A stretch of 62,747 nucleotides of DNA, counting the filler, from Candidatus Babelota bacterium (lineage in GTDB: Bacteria > JAGOBX01), in the NCBI GenBank assembly GCA_017999075.1. It is 11 parts of 11 records of this genome, joined end to end, with 100 filler letters (N's around TTAATTAATTAA, not from the genome) between each part and the next. Parts side by side here need not be neighbours in the genome. Positions count along the whole stretch, not along the records: positions 50,225 to 54,340 come from JAGOBX010000381.1; positions 54,441 to 58,552 come from JAGOBX010000382.1; positions 58,653 to 62,747 come from JAGOBX010000383.1; 8 more parts are not named here. One strand, given 5' to 3'. A program made the position numbers and the translations under genes. Shown one piece after another: positions 52,420 to 62,747 of the stretch (positions within the stretch are counted from its first letter, which is position 1; every line of letters starts with the position of its first letter). Below the pieces are notes generated by a model. That model worked only from the letters and a program-made list of their open reading frames with translations, was not told the origin of the DNA and did no database searches.

Positions 52420-53572
52420 GAAAACGTTTCTTGTTTTGCCGAACGGCATATCTGATGAATATGAAATAAGAAGTTATCAGATGGCTGAAATACTTGCAGA
52501 TAGGAATCATTGCGTATATTATGCATATATTGACAGATCACGTTTAAAGGACGATTATTGTTTCAGAACCACTATTGAAAAGCTGATTGCTTATAACATA
52601 ATAAATGTAAATGCCGCCGGCAAACTCAACATAATAAATATCCCTGATATTAGTGCCGAACTTTCGTTTAAATGCGAGAATTATACACATCTTATAGAAT
52701 TGATTATAGAGTATTTTAAAATAGATATTGTAATCAATTCTTCTTTTGACGTTTTTGCTCTGCCTCAAAAAATATTAGACAAAATTTTTTATATTTATGA
52801 TATAAGCGAAGATTATCTTGAAATAGAGTCAAATCCTGTTATTAAAGCGTATATAGGGAATTTTATTGAAAATGAACTATATAAAGCTCAATTGAATATA
52901 TCATCTTCTAAAACGCTTGCGAATATATATAAAAAAAAATATTGGACAAATATAATTTATCTCCCTAACGGAGCTGCAATCAAACAGGAAACTGATTCGG
53001 AAATGGAAAATATAAAAAAATGCCTGTTTCATAAATATGATATTACAGATAATTCGACTAAAATTATTACTGCGCTTAATCTGCCTGCTATAGGAAAAAA
53101 ATTTGATTTATTGATAAACGCGTTTAATTTGCTGCAAAAAGAAATAAGTTATCCGGTTAAACTCATTATTTTGCTCAATAATGAAAATGAACAATGTCCG
53201 ACTGACAACAAAGATATAATTTTTATAAATGGATTATCACAGGATGATATAAGGAAACATTTTATAATAACTGATCTCGGAGCTGTTCCTTTGATAAAAT
53301 GCAATTATACAGATGGTTTGCTTCCTATAAATATAATTGAATATGGAATGTTAAGAAAACCTGTGCTTTGCGCTGTAACTGAAGAATTGCAGAATCATAA
53401 CCTTCCTCATATAATATTTGCAAGCAACAAAGTTTCAAGCTGGACTGCTGCTATGAAATGGGGATTAGAATTGAAATGGAATGAATACTGGAATCCGGAA
53501 ATAGATAAATATAGATGGGATAAACTAATACTTTTACTTGAACGGCTTATAATAAGAACAGGGAAAAAATAA
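52412..53572 (+). CDS. GT-B glycosyltransferase (GT4/TuaH-like)
   Basis: YIYDISED, YLPNG, PINIIEYGMLRKPV, YRWD. Confidence 0.7.
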   Translation: MDRKTFLVLPNGISDEYEIRSYQMAEILADRNHCVYYAYIDRSRLKDDYCFRTTIEKLIAYNIINVNAAGKLNIINIPDISAELSFKCENYTHLIELIIEYFKIDIVINSSFDVFALPQKILDKIFYIYDISEDYLEIESNPVIKAYIGNFIENELYKAQLNISSSKTLANIYKKKYWTNIIYLPNGAAIKQETDSEMENIKKCLFHKYDITDNSTKIITALNLPAIGKKFDLLINAFNLLQKEISYPVKLIILLNNENEQCPTDNKDIIFINGLSQDDIRKHFIITDLGAVPLIKCNYTDGLLPINIIEYGMLRKPVLCAVTEELQNHNLPHIIFASNKVSSWTAAMKWGLELKWNEYWNPEIDKYRWDKLILLLERLIIRTGKK

Positions 53573-53578
53573 ATTATT

Positions 53579-54340
53579 ATGGATTTAATTATTAAAGAAC
53601 ACTCGGATAATTATATAATAGAAGTAAAATCTTCAGGTAAAAATATTAATAAAGAATTTAGCGATGTGAACGGAATATTTGAATATTTAAAAGATGATTT
53701 TCCTGTGGCAAGTACAAATCTTAAAATAGATATAACCAATCCTACTAAACGGCTGCTTATAAAAAATATTTTTGAGAAAACATTGAAATACCAGAAAAAT
53801 AACGGAATAACTCTGGAATATATAATAAAACGCAATCAGATAAGAAAATCACAGCCTGCTTCAGTAAGAGAATTAAACGCTGTCAGGAAAATTGCCGGAG
53901 ATACTTCTTCTTTGAACAACGCGAATTTTATGGCTGCAGAAAATGTCGCAGTATATAAATTATACGCTGACGTGCTTGTAGATAAAGCAGATAAAATTTT
54001 GTCTGAAAATTCTTTTGATACTGATGATATTATACCTATTAATACAGCAAAAATTCTTAAAGAAATCATGACAAATTTGAATAATCTTGTAAAAAATAAT
54101 TATCTTGTCCATAAAAATGTTAATTTGATTTCTCTCAGGAATTATATTAGCAAACTGCTTCTTAAATTTGATTCTCAGCAAAATCAGAGAAATAAACCGA
54201 AAGAAGAAGATGTAATTCAAATATTGAAAAAAATGCGTAAAACATCAAGTTATGCCGGACTTGAAAAATATATTGATTTGTTGTTTGATCCTGAAACTAC
54301 GGAAGAGTTAAAACTTGAAGTTATAAGTCTTGTAAAATTT
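53579..54340 (+). CDS. Hypothetical protein, 3'-truncated
   Basis: Long ORF coupled to the preceding operon; no recognised motif. Confidence 0.6.
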
Positions 54341-54520
54341 NNNNNNNNNNNNNNNNNNNNNNNNNNNNNNNNNNNNNNNNNNNNTTAATTAATTAANNNN
54401 NNNNNNNNNNNNNNNNNNNNNNNNNNNNNNNNNNNNNNNNATTAAATATAAAATTTAAGGACATTTGTCAATGTAATTATTGTGTTAAAAATACAAAGTG
54501 TAGGTTATTTATAAAAAATA

Positions 54521-55228
54521 TTGATATTTATCATAGGAGTAAATGTTATTAACTCTATAAAAATATTTTTATTTGATATTGACGGCACGCTGGTCAGACT
54601 CGACGGAGCGGGGTTGCGCGCTCTTGATAAAGCATTTTTTGATATTTTCAAAATCAAAGACATTTCGTATAAAGTTGATTTTTATGGTAAAACCGATCCT
54701 GCAATATACGAATGCATTCTTGAAATCGCTGGTATTCCTACTGATTATGCTCAAAAATATTACAATCAAATTGCGGAAAAATATCTGGATTATTTAAAAT
54801 TAGAAATAGATTTAATTGAAAAAAATCCTGTAATCGAAGGAGTTATAGATTTTCTTGAATTGATAAAAGACAATAAAAAAATTTATACCGGTTTATTGAC
54901 AGGAAATATTGAACAAGGCGGGTACATTAAAATCGGGAAATGGGGATTAACAAAATATTTCGGATTCGGCGCATTCGGCAGCGATTCAAAAATAAGGAGC
55001 GATCTTGTCAGCATAGCTCTGAACAGGGCTAAAAAAAAATATGGCCTGAAAAATATCGGGTTAAAAAATATATTTGTTATCGGTGATACTCCTCTTGATA
55101 TAAAATGCGCTCAGGATAACGGAGTTGTTTCTGTGGCTGTAGCTACCGGAAAATATACCGCCGAATATCTTAAATCATTCAATCCTGATTACTGTTTAAA
55201 AAATCTGAATGAATTTAATTTCGAATGA
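54521..55228 (+). CDS. HAD-superfamily hydrolase (start uncertain)
   Basis: FLFDIDGTL, LLTGN, GAFGSD, VIGDTPLD. Confidence 0.9.
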   Translation: MIFIIGVNVINSIKIFLFDIDGTLVRLDGAGLRALDKAFFDIFKIKDISYKVDFYGKTDPAIYECILEIAGIPTDYAQKYYNQIAEKYLDYLKLEIDLIEKNPVIEGVIDFLELIKDNKKIYTGLLTGNIEQGGYIKIGKWGLTKYFGFGAFGSDSKIRSDLVSIALNRAKKKYGLKNIGLKNIFVIGDTPLDIKCAQDNGVVSVAVATGKYTAEYLKSFNPDYCLKNLNEFNFE

Positions 55229-56222
55229 TTTACTTAACAAAATGTTTGATGAACTGAATTATTACGGAAAACACAAAATTCCAGTTTTATTTATAATTGA
55301 TTACTTAAAAAAAAAACCTATCATTATCCCATTTTCCGATTTATCAAAAAAAAACAAAAATATTTTTTTTGATCTAAATGGTTGCCGAAATTCTTATTTC
55401 AGAATAAATAACGGAAAAACCAATTCTTCAAAACATTGTTCTTCAATATCAATAAAAAACAAAATAAGTTTCCACGATTATAAAAATAAATTTGATAAAA
55501 TAATCGGACATTTAAAAAAAGGGAACAGTTTTCTAGTCAATTTAACTGCACCTACAGAAATCGAATTGGCAAACGGATTCAACAACATATTTTATTCGGC
55601 AAAATCAAAATACAAAATGAATTATAAAAATGAATTTATATTTTTTTCTCCGGAAACATTTATAATAATAAAAAACAATATAATTTCCACGTTTCCCATG
55701 AAAGGAACAATACGCGCGGATATTCCTGACGCAGAAAAAATAATTTTATCGGATGAAAAAGAATCTGCAGAACACATTACAATAGTTGATTTGCTTAGGA
55801 ATGATATCGGTTCTGTTGCAGAAAACATTAAAGTTTTAAAATTCAGATATATTGATAAAATTAAAACCGCTGCATACGAATTGCTCCAGGTGAGTTCTGA
55901 AATATGCGGAACACTTGAAAAAAACTGGAACACCAGATTAGGAGATATACTGGAAAAAATATTGCCTGCAGGTTCTGTGACAGGAGCGCCGAAAATAAAA
56001 ACTCTTGAAATAATCAAAGATACCGAAAAATATGACAGGAATTATTATACAGGCGTTTGCGGATATTTTGACGGAACAAATCTTGATTCCTGTGTTATGA
56101 TACGGTTTATTGAAAATATTGGTGATAAATTTTTTTTTAAAAGCGGCGGAGGTATTACAATATACAGCAATCCTATTTCAGAATATAACGAACTGATTGA
56201 CAAAATTTATATTCCGGAATAA
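55209..56222 (+). CDS. pabB: Aminodeoxychorismate synthase component I
   Basis: FSPETF, TFPMKGT, KESAEHITIVDLLRND, PAGSVTGAPK, SGGGIT. Confidence 0.88.
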   Translation: MNLISNDLLNKMFDELNYYGKHKIPVLFIIDYLKKKPIIIPFSDLSKKNKNIFFDLNGCRNSYFRINNGKTNSSKHCSSISIKNKISFHDYKNKFDKIIGHLKKGNSFLVNLTAPTEIELANGFNNIFYSAKSKYKMNYKNEFIFFSPETFIIIKNNIISTFPMKGTIRADIPDAEKIILSDEKESAEHITIVDLLRNDIGSVAENIKVLKFRYIDKIKTAAYELLQVSSEICGTLEKNWNTRLGDILEKILPAGSVTGAPKIKTLEIIKDTEKYDRNYYTGVCGYFDGTNLDSCVMIRFIENIGDKFFFKSGGGITIYSNPISEYNELIDKIYIPE

Positions 56223-56367
56223 TGGAACTGTTTCCAAAATATATTTATATATTTTTTCACAAAATAAACTTATTGTTTATCAATATATAAATTTTGTAAA
56301 AAATGGCAGAACTGCCAGGATGGCAGAACTGCCAGAATGGCAGAACTGCCATTTGGAAACATTCCCA
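56223..56367. mobile_element. MITE-like element copy 2 (145 bp), with three tandem TGGCAGAACTGCCA palindromes
   Basis: Same terminal inverted repeats as 29939-30174, flanked by TAA on both sides (56220-56222 and 56368-56370). Confidence 0.75.
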
Positions 56368-56476
56368 TAACCGCTAATTATAACAAAAAAATTAAAACAG
56401 AGCGTATTTTTAAATTGCACTTTTTAATATTTAAAATATACTTATACAAAGTTTAAATTCAGGAGATAAATTTGTT

Positions 56477-57775
56477 ATGAGTATTATAAATGTCGGATTA
56501 GCAGGATTCGGAACAGTAGGAACCGGAGTAGTGAAAATACTGCAATCTCAAAAAAAAGATTTAAAAGAAAAAACCGGAATTACTATAAACTTAAAAAGGA
56601 TAGTTGATGTTGATATTTCTCGCGACCGCGGCATAAAAATTGATAAATCCGTAATTATTTCAGATAATCTTAAAGACATTACTGAAGATAATGAAATAGA
56701 TATAGTTGTAGAACTTATTGGAGGAACTTCTATTGCAAAACAATTCATGCTTTCCTCAATAAAAAGCGGAAAACATATAGTTACAGCTAATAAAGCATTA
56801 TTGTCGGAATATTCTGAAACAATATTTACAGGTTGTCATGAAAACAATATTTTAATCAATTTTGAAGCTAGCGTATGCGGAGGAATTCCTGTAATAAAAT
56901 CTTTAAAAGAAGGATTAATTGCAAACAAAATTAATTCTATATACGGAATAGTCAATGGGACTGCAAATTATATTTTAACTCAAATGTCTTTATATCAAAA
57001 AACATTTGAAGACGCTTTAAAAGAGGCCCAATCTAAAGGGTTTGCAGAATCAGATCCAAGTTTTGATATTGAAGGGAAAGACAGCGTTCATAAATTAGCC
57101 ATTCTTGCAATGCTGGCTTACGGAATCCCTGTAAAATTAAAGGATATATATTGTGAAGGAATCAAAGAATTAACTCCATTAGATTTAAAATATGCTCATA
57201 AACTTGATTATGAAGTCAAACTTCTCGCTATAGCAAAACTTCACAATGCTAATATAGATTTGCGTGTTCATCCAACATTAATTCCAAAAAATTCTATTCT
57301 TGCAAATACTTCTTTTGAAAATAACGCTATATATGTAAGCGGAGACAGTGTTGGTCATTTAATGTTTTACGGGAAAGGAGCGGGAATGTTTCCAACTGCA
57401 AGCGCTGTAGTAAGCGATATAGTAGATATAGCAGTAAAGAAAATAAATAAATGCGGCGCGGCTTATAACTATTTTCATTCAAAACAGGATTTAACTATAA
57501 ATCCGATGTTTGCTTTAAAAACCAAATATTATTTACGGATAACTACTGCAGACAAAACATATGTTTTATCTAATATTTCAAAAGTATTAAGCGATAACCA
57601 TGTCAGCATAGCTTCGCTTCTACAAACAGAAACAAATGAAAACGGAAATGCAATTATTATAATTATGACGCATAACGCTCTTGAAAAATCAATAATCAGC
57701 GCTGTTCAGATACTGAATAAATTGTCATGCGTTAAAGACAAGGTTTTAGCTGTAAGAGTGGAAGACAATATGTAA
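56477..57775 (+). CDS. hom: Homoserine dehydrogenase with C-terminal ACT domain
   Basis: GFGTVGTG, VTANKA, FEASVCGGIP, NGTANYIL, GAGMFPTASAV. Confidence 0.95.
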   Translation: MSIINVGLAGFGTVGTGVVKILQSQKKDLKEKTGITINLKRIVDVDISRDRGIKIDKSVIISDNLKDITEDNEIDIVVELIGGTSIAKQFMLSSIKSGKHIVTANKALLSEYSETIFTGCHENNILINFEASVCGGIPVIKSLKEGLIANKINSIYGIVNGTANYILTQMSLYQKTFEDALKEAQSKGFAESDPSFDIEGKDSVHKLAILAMLAYGIPVKLKDIYCEGIKELTPLDLKYAHKLDYEVKLLAIAKLHNANIDLRVHPTLIPKNSILANTSFENNAIYVSGDSVGHLMFYGKGAGMFPTASAVVSDIVDIAVKKINKCGAAYNYFHSKQDLTINPMFALKTKYYLRITTADKTYVLSNISKVLSDNHVSIASLLQTETNENGNAIIIIMTHNALEKSIISAVQILNKLSCVKDKVLAVRVEDNM

Positions 57776-57847
57776 TATAATTTTTATAATGCTGTTGTTT
57801 TTAACCGTTTGAAATTTTAAAAACTATGGACAAATTTTAAAAAATTT

Positions 57848-58324
57848 ATGGGCACCACAAAAAAAATTCAATGTGTTAAATGCGGAAATGAATGGGAAAC
57901 ATGGAATAATCCTATTCCAACTGTTGACGCTCTTATAGAAATATATGAAAATAAAGAATATAAAGGCATTGTATTAATTGAACGAAAAAATTTTCCTTAC
58001 GGCTGGGCTATTCCAGGCGGATTTATGGATTATGGCGAAACAGCCGAATACACTGCTGTCAGAGAAGCAAAAGAAGAAACAGGGTTAAATGTAGATATAA
58101 CAGGTTTACTTGGTTTTTACAGCGATCCTTCGAGGGATCCGAGACATCACACTGTAACAGCAGTTTATATATGCAGAGCAGAAGGAATTCCAATAGCAGG
58201 AGACGATGCAAAAAATGCAAAAATTTTTCTGCCTGAAAAAATCAGAGAATCTCTTGCATTTGATCATTCAAAAGTTATAAACGATTATATTAAATGGCGA
58301 GAATATAAAAAAAATGAAAATTAA
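57848..58324 (+). CDS. NUDIX hydrolase
   Basis: Nudix box [33 protein letters not shown]. Confidence 0.92.
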   Translation: MGTTKKIQCVKCGNEWETWNNPIPTVDALIEIYENKEYKGIVLIERKNFPYGWAIPGGFMDYGETAEYTAVREAKEETGLNVDITGLLGFYSDPSRDPRHHTVTAVYICRAEGIPIAGDDAKNAKIFLPEKIRESLAFDHSKVINDYIKWREYKKNEN

Positions 58325-58552
58325 AAAAAAATATCCTAAAATTTTAGTGGTGGATGATGTTTTTACAAATTTGGAAATAATTGAAACTCATCTTTCAGAA
58401 AAAAATTATGTTGTTGAAAAATTAAACAACGGCGATGATGCAATAAATAAAATCATCGAATCAATTCCTGATAATCTTCCCGATTTAATACTGCTCGATG
58501 TGGAAATGCCCGGTAAAAACGGGTATGAAGTCTGCAGTATTATAAAAAACGC
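58314..58552 (+). CDS. Response regulator receiver domain, 3'-truncated
   Basis: ILVVDD...[15 protein letters not shown]. Confidence 0.85.
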
Positions 58553-58653
58553 NNNNNNNNNNNNNNNNNNNNNNNNNNNNNNNNNNNNNNNNNNNNTTAA
58601 TTAATTAANNNNNNNNNNNNNNNNNNNNNNNNNNNNNNNNNNNNNNNNNNNNA

Positions 58654-59748
58654 AAATTTCCGAGATGGGCGATAGCATATAAATTTGAACCAGAACAAGC
58701 AATATCAAAAATTATTTCTGTTGAAATGTCGGTAGGAAGGACAGGAACAATTACGCCAATAGCCAATTTTGAACCTGCAGTTCATCTTGCCGGTACAATG
58801 GTTAAGCGGGCAACATTGCATAATGAAGATTATATAAAAGAAAACGATATAAGATTATTTGACAGCGTAGTTATTGAGAAAGCAGGAGAAATTATACCTG
58901 CTGTAGTAGAAGTGAAACTCAATGAAAGAAAAGGAAATGAAAAAAAAATAGAATTTCCGAAACAATGTCCGGTATGTTCAAGCGATGTTATAAAATTCGA
59001 AGGAGAAGTAAAATATAAATGCATAAACCCAGAGTGCCGGGCGCAGATTATCAGGAAAATCGAACATTATTTTTCAAAGAATTTTGGCGTTGATATATGC
59101 GGAGGAATAAAAACTGCCGAATTGCTGGTAAATAATGGTCTTGTGAAAAATGTTTCGGATTTATATTATATTACCGAATCTGTCCTTGTGAATCTTGATC
59201 GTTTCGGAAGTAAAAGCGCGTCGAATTTAATCGAATCAATAGAAAAAAGCAAGACTGCAGAATTTTATAAGAAAATAAGCGGGTTTGGAATAGATTTTGT
59301 CGGGCCGACCGCAGCCAAATTGTTGGTCAAATATTATAAAAATATAGATGAATTGATAAATACAAAATACGAAGATTTGATTGAAATAGATGGAATTGGC
59401 GGTAAAATGGCGAATTCGATTACAACTTTTTTCAAACTGCCGCAGGTAATTAATATGATTGACAGAATGAAAAAAATGAACGTTACATTTGAAAATAAAG
59501 AAACTGATAAGAGTTCAAAACTTCGGGGAAAATCGTTTGTTATAACAGGAAAACTGCCGTCTGGAAAAAAAAGAAATGAACTGGCTGATATTATTTTTTC
59601 TAACGGAGGAAATGTTTTATCAAGTGTAACAAAAGATACTGATTATCTTATCTCAGGAGATGAAGATTCAAAAAGCTCGAAATTTAAAAAAGCTGTTGAA
59701 TTCGGAATCAGTATTATTTCTGAAAACGATTTTTTTAAAATGTTATAA
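58654..59748 (+). CDS. ligA: NAD-dependent DNA ligase, C-terminal part (OB, Zn finger, HhH, BRCT), 5'-truncated
   Basis: Frame open from the contig start: PRWAIAYKF, VGRTG, RATLHN, KAGEIIP, CPVC..C...C, BRCT (FVITG..SSVTKDTDYL). Confidence 0.95.
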   Translation, partial: KFPRWAIAYKFEPEQAISKIISVEMSVGRTGTITPIANFEPAVHLAGTMVKRATLHNEDYIKENDIRLFDSVVIEKAGEIIPAVVEVKLNERKGNEKKIEFPKQCPVCSSDVIKFEGEVKYKCINPECRAQIIRKIEHYFSKNFGVDICGGIKTAELLVNNGLVKNVSDLYYITESVLVNLDRFGSKSASNLIESIEKSKTAEFYKKISGFGIDFVGPTAAKLLVKYYKNIDELINTKYEDLIEIDGIGGKMANSITTFFKLPQVINMIDRMKKMNVTFENKETDKSSKLRGKSFVITGKLPSGKKRNELADIIFSNGGNVLSSVTKDTDYLISGDEDSKSSKFKKAVEFGISIISENDFFKML

Positions 59749-59754
59749 TTATGA

Positions 59755-62058
59755 TTGGGTTTTATGAATAAAAATTATAAATATTATATCTCATACAGCA
59801 ATGCTATATACGGTCCGTATGAATATAACGAACTTGAACAGTATATTACTTCTGAAACTATAGTCTGCAGGGAAGGCGACGATGATTGGAGTTATGCCAA
59901 AGATATGCCTGAACTTCGGAATATTCTTGAAAAAATTCTGCTGAATCATAATGAACCTAAAAAATTATATTCTAAGTATTATGCTTTGATAGATGAAAAA
60001 GAATACGGGCCGTATTCTTTAGAGCAGTTGAAGGAGTTTGTGAAAAAAAATACAATTATAAGGCAGGCCGGCGGTTCAGACATTGAAAAATCTGAAAATC
60101 CGGATTTGAATAAAGATTGGCATCCGGCTGAACTCTGTGAAGAACTGGAATCTTTTTTTAAGTTGAAAGATGAAGTACATATTAAAGACTGGTTTTATTT
60201 TGACGATTCTGAAAATGAATTAGGTCCTTATTCAAAAGATGAATTCGATAAACTGATTGAAGATAAAATTATTACTGAAAAAATGCTTGTAAAACATATT
60301 AATTGGAAAGAACCGGTATCTCTTTGCGACACCAAATTATATAAAACCAGGAATATCGGAAATGAATCAGAATTAATTGAGGATAATAAAAATAAAGTTT
60401 TTTTTAAAAATAAAAAAAAGATTTCAGGATTAATTGTAATTCTGTTTTTAATTATTTCTGCGGCAGGAATTTATTTTTATTTCAATTATTCAAAAAATAA
60501 AAATAACATTATTTCTCCAGATCATACCAATGAACTTAATGCTGTTAAACCTGGAACAGTTCAGGGATTGTTGCCAAATAAAATATCGAATGATTCAACT
60601 ATATTAAACGATACAACAATAATTCTGGTTCAATCAAATATTGATGAAGTATTCGGGAATAATGGCGGAATAAATAATTTTATTCCGGGAAAACTGTATG
60701 TAATATTTGTTGATGTGGGTCAAGGAGACGGATTTATAGCCATAACTCCGTCCGGAAAAATTCATGTCATAGATGCTGGAACTGAGGGAAGTGAAATTAT
60801 TTTTTATTTGAAAAAATTAGGAGTTAAACAAATTGAATCATTAGTTATGACGCATCCTCATAACGATCATATAGGCGGAATACCGGATATTTTAAAATAT
60901 TTTAAAGTTAAAAACTGTTATGATTGCGGGGCAGCTCATTCATCAGGAATTTATAGAAAAATTTTGAAAATGATATCTGAAAAAAAAATTAAATATCAGC
61001 TTTTATCTGGCGGGCAAAAATTAAATTGGGATAAAGAAGTAAAAATTGAGGTTCTCCATCCTGATAAAAAAAAATATGATAATTTAAATAATTATTCTAT
61101 TGTTTTCAGAATGACATATGGGGCAACCTCTGTTTTATTCACAGGAGATGCAGAAGATGAAGCTCGTTTTAAAATAATGCAGAAATATAAAAGTCAGCTT
61201 AAATCAACTGTTTTAAAAGCAGCTCATCATGGAAGTCATAACGGAATAGATCAAAACTTTTTGGAAGCAGTTAAACCTGAATACTGCGTAATATCGTGCG
61301 GGTTAAACAATCATTTCGGACATCCCCACAATGATGCTCTTATTTTGATGAATAAATATAAATTGAAAATTTTCCGTACTGATTTTGATGGGAATATTAT
61401 TATGGAAAGTGACGGGAAAAAGGAAAAAATATGGGCAGATGTGTTAGGATATGACACTGTTCATTTTGATTTTAAAATTAATCATTCAGTTTCAACTAAT
61501 TTTTCTGATTTGAAAATTGATGATAATATTTGGAAAATATACGGGAATAAAGAACGTTTTGAATACTCGAAAAAAGGTCTTGTTATTTCAGCAGAACCTT
61601 TTGAAAATATATATAATTATTCAAAAAAAACTGTTTTACTTATAAAAAAAAGACCTGAAAATCAAAATACCATTTCAATAATACGAATGAAAGGTTCGGA
61701 ATTTGAAAGTACTGACGGTGCAATTTTAGCATATTATGACATGAAAAATTGGATATCATTAAGCTGCGCTGAAGGAAAAATGATATCTTTGACTAATTCT
61801 GTAAAAGGAAAATATGAAATAGAATATTTTAAATTTTTCAATGTCCCGAAATATTATGCTGTTGAAATTCACGGGAATAATATTAATTTTGCTGTGAGTG
61901 AAGATAAATCAAATTGGTTTATAATAAAACGTTATGAAAGTAAAGAAATTGGATTCAAGCCTTCTTCCGCTAAAATTGGATTATCTTCAAATTCATGGCA
62001 CAAACAAAATAAGTCTAAATCCATATTTTTTAATTATTCGGAATATGTTACAAGATAA
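59755..62058 (+). CDS. Membrane protein: 3x GYF_2-like domains, TM, ComEC-type metallo-beta-lactamase nuclease domain, C-terminal beta-sandwich
   Basis: Three GPY-containing repeats; TM (GLIVILFLIISAAGIYFYF); DVGQGD, THPHNDHIGG, LFTGD, AHHGS, GHPH, RTD. Confidence 0.82.
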   Translation: MGFMNKNYKYYISYSNAIYGPYEYNELEQYITSETIVCREGDDDWSYAKDMPELRNILEKILLNHNEPKKLYSKYYALIDEKEYGPYSLEQLKEFVKKNTIIRQAGGSDIEKSENPDLNKDWHPAELCEELESFFKLKDEVHIKDWFYFDDSENELGPYSKDEFDKLIEDKIITEKMLVKHINWKEPVSLCDTKLYKTRNIGNESELIEDNKNKVFFKNKKKISGLIVILFLIISAAGIYFYFNYSKNKNNIISPDHTNELNAVKPGTVQGLLPNKISNDSTILNDTTIILVQSNIDEVFGNNGGINNFIPGKLYVIFVDVGQGDGFIAITPSGKIHVIDAGTEGSEIIFYLKKLGVKQIESLVMTHPHNDHIGGIPDILKYFKVKNCYDCGAAHSSGIYRKILKMISEKKIKYQLLSGGQKLNWDKEVKIEVLHPDKKKYDNLNNYSIVFRMTYGATSVLFTGDAEDEARFKIMQKYKSQLKSTVLKAAHHGSHNGIDQNFLEAVKPEYCVISCGLNNHFGHPHNDALILMNKYKLKIFRTDFDGNIIMESDGKKEKIWADVLGYDTVHFDFKINHSVSTNFSDLKIDDNIWKIYGNKERFEYSKKGLVISAEPFENIYNYSKKTVLLIKKRPENQNTISIIRMKGSEFESTDGAILAYYDMKNWISLSCAEGKMISLTNSVKGKYEIEYFKFFNVPKYYAVEIHGNNINFAVSEDKSNWFIIKRYESKEIGFKPSSAKIGLSSNSWHKQNKSKSIFFNYSEYVTR

Positions 62059-62747
62059 AATATACGAACAACCTGTTAAAAATTTGAAGTTTGACAAATA
62101 TATATGCAAAACATATTTTCAAGATATGGAATTTGAAGATTTGCAGAAAATTATTTGTGAATTAGAATCAAATAAGTATAAATCATGTGGTAATTTAAAA
62201 TTAGGTCGTGCCGGAATTATAGAAATTAAAATTAAAAATAATGAATTTGTTATAAGACAATATTCACGCGGCGGTGCAGTTTCCGGAATATTAAAAAATA
62301 AATATTTATCAGAATCCAGGTTTATTCAGGAATTTTATTTGTTGAAAATTCTCGAAGAAAAAAAATTTAAAACTGTAATTCCGTCTTTTTTAATTTATTA
62401 TAAATGTTTTCCTTTTTTTTATTCCGGGTATTTAGCTACCTATAAATTATCAGGGTATATTAATTTTTATGATTATATAATAAATAATAAAACTGATTTT
62501 TTAAAAAAACGGATAGATTTGTTTTTTAAAATATTAGTTAAAATATCAGAATTGAATTATATGGGTATTTATCACACGGATATTCAATTAAAAAATATTA
62601 TGATTTCTAATGATTTTAACGATATTGCAATTATTGATTTTGATAAGGGAAAAATCGTGAAATTAAAAAGCAAATATTATTTTGCAGCTATGTTTTACAG
62701 GTTTTTGAGATCACTTGTAAAACATAGCAAAACATTGAATATAGTAG
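62045..62747 (+). CDS. Kdo/LPS kinase-like protein (KdkA/WaaP family), 3'-truncated
   Basis: Not in the ORF track. Open from ATG 62045 (alternative 62126) to the window end: GRAG, IRQYSRGG, RFIQEF, GIYHTDIQLKNIM, IIDFDKG. Confidence 0.8.
   Translation, partial: MLQDKIYEQPVKNLKFDKYICKTYFQDMEFEDLQKIICELESNKYKSCGNLKLGRAGIIEIKIKNNEFVIRQYSRGGAVSGILKNKYLSESRFIQEFYLLKILEEKKFKTVIPSFLIYYKCFPFFYSGYLATYKLSGYINFYDYIINNKTDFLKKRIDLFFKILVKISELNYMGIYHTDIQLKNIMISNDFNDIAIIDFDKGKIVKLKSKYYFAAMFYRFLRSLVKHSKTLNIV

Noticed and set aside
56303-56352. Possible mini-CRISPR array
   Set aside because: The repeats are 14 bp with 3-nt separators; there are no spacers or cas genes.
57848-57900. Lone CxxC at the NUDIX N-terminus
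   Set aside because: Zinc-ribbon-like N-termini are common in this NUDIX group.

Overview
AT-rich bacterial draft genome window, probably a diderm (OmpA-like lipoprotein, SurA/PpiD-like protein, Kdo-kinase-like protein). It consists of 11 contig pieces joined by 100-nt N/TTAATTAATTAA/N spacers, so adjacency across spacers carries no biological meaning. The first contig (1-20294) is a minus-strand cluster of three large extracellular-type, putative alpha-glucan-active proteins. These are a 5'-truncated giant of >5,500 aa with two GH13 catalytic domains and many DOMON-like, CBM-like and FN3 modules, a 343-aa CBM20-like/FN3 protein, and a >854-aa CBM/FN3 repeat protein that the ORF track missed. 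Their termini suggest split CBM20-like domains, possibly joined head-to-tail by beta-strand donation, and the third protein has CBM domains nested inside CBM domains. The ~4.1-4.2 kb contigs carry housekeeping genes (ffh-rpsP-khpA-rimM-trmD-rplS-rnhB; dnaG-rpoD; ligA; hom; pabB), signalling proteins including a pseudokinase-Hpt, and several GT-C-type membrane glycosyltransferase candidates. They also carry two copies of a small MITE-like element, each inserted exactly at a TAA stop codon.
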